Assembly (NCBI RefSeq): GCF_009914755.1
Contig: NC_060940.1
Strand: one strand, 5' to 3'
Length of the DNA: 64,000 bases
Source: the human T2T-CHM13v2.0 reference genome, Homo sapiens
The translations under genes were made by a program, and so were the position numbers. Within the stretch, counting starts at the first letter, position 1. Each line of letters opens with the position of its first letter. Under the pieces are notes generated by a model, which was given only the letters and a program-made list of their open reading frames with translations, was not told where the DNA came from and did not search any database. Of this stretch, positions 56,571 to 64,000 are shown in pieces.

Positions 56571-58537
56571 AGCAAAGAAAGAAAATAATGAACCAATGTT
56601 TAAAGGGATTATTAAATAGAAAGTATAGCTTTTGTTGTGAGAAGTTCTGTTTGTTCATTTATTCATTAAAACATTCACTTAAGTACTTTCTGAATGGCTG
56701 CCATGTCATGTACCAGACAGACCAGTGTGGGTAGCAAATGGGTTAATTAAATTACTCTTGGCCCCCTCAGTGGATGCCAGAAAAGTCATCTCTCTTGGAT
56801 CTCAAGCTGGAAGAAATGTTTAAGTATTTAATTACTGGGCTGATTTTCAGTGTCTAGAAGGCATTTATCTATTGCAAAGGTTTTCAAAGGTTGTAAGTAG
56901 CATAGAATAAAACCGTGAGTCTTTTTAAAAATTACAACCACTATAGGGGATATAATTGGAGAATATATATAATTGGAAAATGTAATTGGAGAATTATAGC
57001 CACCAGAGAACGTAGGTCCTCACGTAGCTAAGGTGTATGGTTTATCCTCAGCTGTTCTACATGGGAACACTTGCAGAAAGCATTAACATGCTTCTCTTCT
57101 AATCTATGTCCATGCCTACTAGACTAAATCCCAGCAGGAAGTGGCTATTCCCCACCTACACCACCCTGTTTTGAAGAACCATCCATGCTGGGATACAAAA
57201 TGTCACCACCATCTCCTGCTTTTCCTGACCACTGCATTCTGGAAGCAAGGATCTGAAAGCAGATATGGCGTGAGAGAAACTGACACAGGTGAGAAGACTC
57301 AAGGTACTGCCATAGCTGCTGGGTGCTCTGGACAGGGCATCGCATCTCAATGCCTACACACAAAATGGATTTAGGATGGAGCCTCTTACACGGCTTCACA
57401 TCTGACCTTTGCAGAGGGTGAATGGCCATCTAGTTTTGTTCTGAAAATTCTACCTTCTCATTCATAACTGGTGGAATGCCTCCAAGACTGGCAAATGATT
57501 GGCTGCTTAAGTAACTAAGGGAGTTTGGTTTTTGATTGTATTTCAATATTTCACCCTCTTGTCTTCAAGTTTGCAGTAAGAATGACTAGCTTGGCATTTT
57601 CCTCAGTATGGAAAGAAATTTTTTTAAAAGAATTATTCTATGCACTACTTTACCTCCACAAAGGAAGTGCAAGTACTTTGAGGTAAGAACCAATATATTG
57701 TTTAATAAACAATAATATTCATAAGAAGCTTAGGAGACTTCAGAATAACAATTATTAGTTAAATAGGAAGAGACTGATTGGGGAACAGAGCAAGAATAAA
57801 ATGAGATGAGTTGGATGGGAATTAAATACTGATGAGGAGAAGGAAACTCAAGGTTGTCCACTGGGATATCCTACTTTTAAACCAAACTGACCCCCTCACC
57901 ACCCTCCATAGATGCCACAAAAGAATGCCCATCTCTGGCCTACAGTCTTCACCACACTCAGTGTCACTCATGTGCCTGCCTTGTTTCTGCCATTGCTGTT
58001 CCCCCCAACCCTTCTCTAGAGTCTACCTTGCTTTGAACATTTTTGGCTTTGTTTTGTTCTTTTTTTGCTGTGTTTCCAACTCCACTGTGATTCTCATCCT
58101 GGAGGTGAGAATACATCTGACTTGTTTAGCCATCAGCATTCTGAGCCTAAGTCATGGTTTGCATTCATCCTCTGGCTTCTCTCACTCTAGATTACTCATC
58201 ATGAGACCCCAGGACAGTCCTCTCCCCAAGTCCATTGCCTACCTCATTGGCCCCTAACATAGGAACAGACACATGGGGGATCAACATAAGGAGGTTCTAT
58301 TAAAAGATTGTAGTACCACCTCACCTATAAAGTAGAAAGCACAAGGTTCATAGATCTCAAAGATTCTTGCAGAGTCCTGAGTATATTTATGAGACACTGC
58401 TCCAGCTGCAATCCTGCATTTTGATAACATCTTATGGGAACTAATAGTATCAGCTGATTTGAACTCTGAGATATGCTCTGATCACCAGCAGAACAAAGTC
58501 ATTAGAACTTTTTAATCCAGGGTTTATCTTATGAAGA

Positions 58538-59710
58538 CATTCATTCAACAATATTTATGAGTGCCCAGCACTGTGATAGATTCTGAAGATATGATGGTAA
58601 TCAACAACACAGAACAAGAGTGATCCCTGATAGCAGCAGTCCCCAGCCTTTTTGGCACCAGGGACTGGTTTCATGGAAGACAATTTTTCCATGGATGGTG
58701 GGCTGCAGGAATGGTTTTGGGATGAAACTGTTCCACCTCAGATCAACAGGCATTAGATTCTCACAAGAAGCATCCACCCTAGATCCCTCACATGTGCAGT
58801 TCACAATAGGGTTCATGCTCCTGTGAGAATCTAATGCCACAGCTGATCTGACAGGAGGTGGAGCTCAGGTGGTAATGTGAGTGATGGGGAGCAGCTGTAA
58901 ATACAGATGAAGCTTCACTGGCTTGCTCACCAGCCACTTACCTCCTGCTGTGTGGCCCGGTTCCTAACAGGCCATGCACCAGCACCAGTCCACAGCCTCA
59001 GGGTTGGGGACCCCTGCGGCTTATAGAACTCATGATCTCGATGGAGAGGCATGGCACTAACCAAACAATACACTAGTAACTGTAAAGTTATAAGTTTGGT
59101 AAGGACTATGACCAAACACAGCATACTGTGCTGGTGAATAATATGGGAAACTGACCTAGTTTGAAAATCAGTAAAAGATTTATATGAGGAAGAAAATAAT
59201 TTCTGAGGTCTGAAGAATGAGTTGGCATTAAATAGCCAAAGTGAGGTTAGAGGGCTGGGGACAAGGGAGGCCAGTGTGTGCGGAAGCTCTGTTGCAAGAG
59301 GGAACCTGGTGAATAGAAGAAGTGAAGGAAATCTGTGAGTTGGAACCAAGAATGGATGGGAATTGGAAAATGAGGAAGGTGGAGATTGGGATGGGCCACA
59401 CAGAGACCAGGTCATGGTGAGAGTTTTGGCTGGAATAACAGGTCAACATGATTAGATTTGAATTTTGAAAAAAAAAAAAAAAGTACAATAAATCTTGCTC
59501 CTGTGCAGGGACTGGCCTGTAGGTTTTGTCAAGAGGGAGGGAAATAAATTGAATAGGAGTCTATTACAGTGGTCCCAGTGAGAGTGATGATATTCAGCTT
59601 GGAGTAGGATAGCAGCAGTGGAGATGGAGTGGAGAGGATATACCCCAGAGACATATTCTAGGAGGCAAAATCAGCTGAACTGGCAACGGATTGTCTAGAG
59701 TGGGTAAGGA
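58538..59710 (-). mobile_element. L2 LINE interrupted by MER1
   Basis: cattcattcaacaatatttatgagtgcccagcactgtg...gcttggagtaggatagcagcagtggagatggag. Confidence 0.8.
58634..59016 (-). mobile_element. MER1 (A/B) hAT-Charlie transposon
   Basis: cagcagtccccagcctttttggcaccagggactgg ... gggttggggacccctg; reverse-complement similarity to 46195-46530. Confidence 0.92.
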
Positions 59711-59792
59711 AGACTATAGAGTTGGGTTTGGCCCTACTGTTCATCCAGTGCTCACTCATGCAAGGTAATTCAAAGCCAAATAAAACAGCTTC

Positions 59793-60147
<355 letters not shown>

Positions 60148-61444
60148 CTACTTGACTGAACAACATTGAAAAATGGTAGCTGTGCTGCTCTTTCCAGGAT
60201 TCTCCATGTTGTGAATTGACCACTGCCCTGGGTATCTTCAAACATATTTTGTCCTTAGCTCTGTTCTGGAATCTGTGTGATGCAAAAGTATTTTAACATT
60301 AGTCCATAGAAAAAGAACTATTGAATATCCAGTGAAATGGAAATTCAGAAACATGCATTTTTTTAAATCTCATCAAAAAGCTACATCAGGATACCTAAAC
60401 CATTCCCAACTCTGCAATTAACTTGCTATGTGACCTTGGGCAATTTCCTTTCCCTCTCTGTGCTTCCATCTCTGCACTAAGTAATCTGTAAAGCAACTTC
60501 CAGCCCTAACATCTCTGCTCACATGGAGAAGAGCATGCCCATAATTGCAGGTAATTTAACTTCTGTTTAATGTTGAGTCTTGCATATCCAGCTCCGTATA
60601 TTAACTTAGGAAGTTATTTCAAACAAAATACAACATAATCTACAGTCAATTTTGAAACACATTTGTTCTAATGAAAAATGTTCTAAGCAAAAACAACCTT
60701 GTATAAGAGTTACATTTTCCTAATGGGCAGTGGGCAAAGGGAAACATCAAAATATGTTCCAACTCAGCAAACCCTGAGAATGCACACCACATAAACACGG
60801 CTGTTGGTTCCCAGTAAAATTAGCTACATGTTAACCTGCACAGTCAGACTCCTTGGATGATTTTTCAGTGTGCTACCAGTTTATATCTCAGGCTTCCCTA
60901 GTGCAGCACACCTGATTGCCTCCTCTGCCACATCCTGCAAAGGAACATCTGTTCATAATGTCTTGATGCCGCTTCCAGGAATATACCTGCACTCTAGGCA
61001 CAGACTAGGTTAAATGCCCCCCCACCTTCCACCTCTGTTGCCAATTCCTTGCTTTAGATCATCACCATCCACTGCCTGGACCACGGCAACAGCAGAGTCA
61101 CTGGTTAATCTGATTCCAGTTATCCTATCCCATTATTCTATGTTCTGTGCCAGTTTCCAGAATAACAAGCACACCTGTCTTCTCACCCCTTTCCTCTAAA
61201 GCCTCTCTGATGCGCAGGATTAAGCCAAATCTCCTAGACATGGCATTCCAGGTCCTTCAGGAACTGACTCCAGGCCACCTGTCCAGCCTTACCTGTCCAG
61301 ATCCAGCCACATGTGCCCTTCCTCTGAGACACACTGGCTGTTTCCCTCTTCTCACAATGTGACATTCTCCTCTGAACCAGCTCATCTTTACTGTGACTAT
61401 TCCCTTTTCCTGCAATGTCCTCTTTCTCTTCTTAGTGTACACCC

Positions 61445-62010
61445 ACTCATTCAACAAATGTCTAAGCAGCTACCATAACACAGGTGAGGTTATTCAATGA
61501 TGCCTCCTCAAGGAGCTCTCAGACAAGTGGGAGTGACATGCAAATGGACAATTAAGGGATAGTGAGATGTGTGCTATTAGGGGGAGCTCAGAGGACTTTC
61601 AAAAGAATGCCATCCCTGAATTGAACGTTAAAAGGAGAATAGGAGCAAACCCATCTAAGCTGTGGGTAATTCTAGTGGAGTGAGCAGCCTTGCTAAGGAA
61701 AAAAGATGAGCAAGACAAAGAGGAGAGGAAAAATAACCTGGTTATATCTGCAGGAGAGAGTGCATGCTGGAAATAGGGAGGATTCGGACTAGAGGGGTAG
61801 GTGATGACTAAGTCATGATGGGGCTTGTATGTCACAAGGGGAGGTTAGCATCCCCTTGAGAACAAGGAACAAGGTGGAGCTACTGGGGACTTTAAGCAGA
61901 GGCGTGACCTGGGCAGATTTGTTTTTTAGTTTGATATCCTGTGCTGCCACATGGCAGGAGCCCGACAGGAGGAAAAGTGAGAGGAGGGAAAGTTGTTGCA
62001 GTGAAGGACT
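61445..62010 (-). mobile_element. L2 fragment
   Basis: cactcattcaacaaatgtctaagcagctacc...cctcaaggagctc...ctttaagcagaggcgtgacctgggcagatttg. Confidence 0.7.
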
Positions 62011-62965
62011 GGTCATGGGCTGTAAAAATGTTCTTTGAATAAATAAACAGGTGAATGAATGAATGAGTCATTGCCTTTCTTGTAATTCAGTGAATTCATT
62101 CTTAATATTATAAATAGTCCAATAATATAAACATTCCCGTCTCACTGATCCAAGTCCTGCTAAGCAAACCGTAAAAATATTAGGATTTAGTTTTACAAAA
62201 TTTGTTTTTCATTACTAATATGGAACAGTACTCTAATTTTGCTAGTCTAGCTAGAGAGAAATTGGCAACATTGAAGAAAAAGTGGCTGCAAAATGGCAAG
62301 ACTGTCAAATTTTGTCAAGCTCTTTACGCTAGCGGGAAAATATTTTTGCATGCTTCATCTAATGTCAATCATCTCTGCAGCCCTACCAGTAAGGAGTATG
62401 GATAGCTTCGCAGCAATATCCCCAGAACCCTAAAAGCATGCTGTCTCCAAACACTCCTACACAGACTTGCAGCTGCTCCAAGAGAAGCTTTACATTGAAA
62501 TGCAGCACATGAGGAAAATGAAAAGGTATTCATTAACTTTAATGGAGTTTCCTTTATTCCAAGATTATATACTTGATATCTAGTGGGTTGTGGTTAAAAT
62601 GTCCTTCCTAATAGAAGGTGGAAGATATTTCTTCTTGTTTTATGGCCCCTCGCTTTATGCCCTTACTTAGCTAAGGAAAAAGTTGGTTATTCTAATGTGC
62701 TCCAAAAATATTTAACATTTTAAAGGTTTATAAAATTTAAAAGTTTGAGGTCTACTCTTCTGTACCATTTGGAGGACTTATGTGGGACACATTGGACCAA
62801 GTTCAGCCAATTTTATTGAACGAGTTTTATTCCATGAGCTAACACCAACTCATTGTACTGAAAAGGATCCTGAGCCTCATATGTGATCAAAAGTGGGGAA
62901 AATATGCTGGAATCCATTAATGAGGTCTGCTGTGGATGCGAAGGGGAAAATCGTGACCCATTTGC

Positions 62966-63160
62966 AGTGGTAAATATTTAACAACTACTCTCTAAAAAGA
63001 AGAAAAGCCCTGATTTGTGACATTGGCCAATTTCTATGGTGACAATGCTCTCACCACGGCCAGTTCCAAGCCACTAACACAGCATAACAAGGAAGAGCTG
63101 TGAAGAAATGCACATGATTGGCCTTCATGAGCTGGTACGAGCCAGGCTCAGAACACCCTG
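62966..63160. mobile_element. MER63-like hAT element
   Basis: cagtggtaaatatttaacaac...gccctgatttgt...ccaatttctatggtg...catgagctggtacgagccaggctcagaacacc. Confidence 0.65.
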
Positions 63161-64000
63161 GCATACTTGCCGCATATTTTCAGCTCCAATTCTGTACAGT
63201 GGGAGCCATGGCATGCGTGTGCTTCAGTCTTCGATTCACAGACTGCAACTCTTCTTTCCCTTACCCATGTGTCCACATGATATTCCTTTGATGGGAGAAC
63301 TGTCATATGTTTCTGGGTTTTATATTAATATGCTTAATTTATCTCTAGCATGAAATGAAATGGATGATCTCACAGATTCCTTGCTGGCAAGAACATTGGC
63401 ACTAAAATGTGAGTGCTGACACGCAAACATCAAAACATGAACGACACTGAAACAAAGCTACTGAAGTCCATCACAGGGAACTGGCGTTAGGTGCTGAAAC
63501 TGATGGAGGCCTAATTGGGATCTGCCTTCTTGCTATGGATGCCACAGAGACTAACACTTATTAAACAACTGGAGCTTGTTATGTAGTGTCCAAAATGAAT
63601 GGACTCAAGACGCTATTTCTAGGCTGAGCAAGCAGCTTTCTGAAGAGCACTAAATCCTAATATTTACTAAACATTGAGTCATGTCATTAAGCCTGAGGTG
63701 CAGGGCCCAAGAAAGGCTTACAGTACTGAGTGCTGGTTTTGTCATCTGGCTTCATGCACATTCAACTCATGCCTTACTTCTCTGAGTGCTAGCCCAGCCT
63801 CCTCCTGCTTCACTCCGGAGCTCCAATTCCCTTGAAGAAAAGCCAGAAGGCTGGTTCAAACTGGGGTTTTAAAATCTAGGAGTCAATATAGGATTGGAAG
63901 AGTTTGGAACCTAGAGATTGGGTACTGTTGTCCAAAGCATAGGTCTATGCAGGCTCCAGTGTGTGGCTATGCAAGGTTCCAATGTGCAGTTGTACAAGCT

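Overview
Primate, most likely human, non-coding genomic DNA (intronic or intergenic), roughly 42-44% GC by eye and CpG-depleted. I can support no protein-coding gene, RNA gene or CRISPR array, and I could not identify the host gene or locus. The ORF track is explained by Alu, L1, LTR and low-complexity sequence or by chance. The window holds about 15 Alus (J, S and one young Y), an old L1 with a twin-priming-type 5' inversion and nested insertions, L1PB-type 3' ends, MaLR/ERV LTRs (THE1, MLT1, MER4-like, LTR33-like, MER39-like), hAT DNA transposons (MER1, MER5, MER96, MER63), many L2/MIR relics, and microsatellites. Repeat family calls come from recalled consensus sequences, not from a search. 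The most unusual signal is a set of short local copies of unique sequence. Four lie within 10.8-13.7 kb, one of them pasted into an Alu. One more is pasted into an Alu at 50.36 kb, there is a 126-bp inverted copy at 38.4/39.1 kb, and a snap-back insertion sits at 44.3 kb. Together these look like recurrent templated-insertion repair scars. A perfect 3x20-bp tandem also triplicates a consensus NRF2/NF-E2/BACH-MAF (ARE) site at 35.56 kb, and there is a (GGAA)17 microsatellite.
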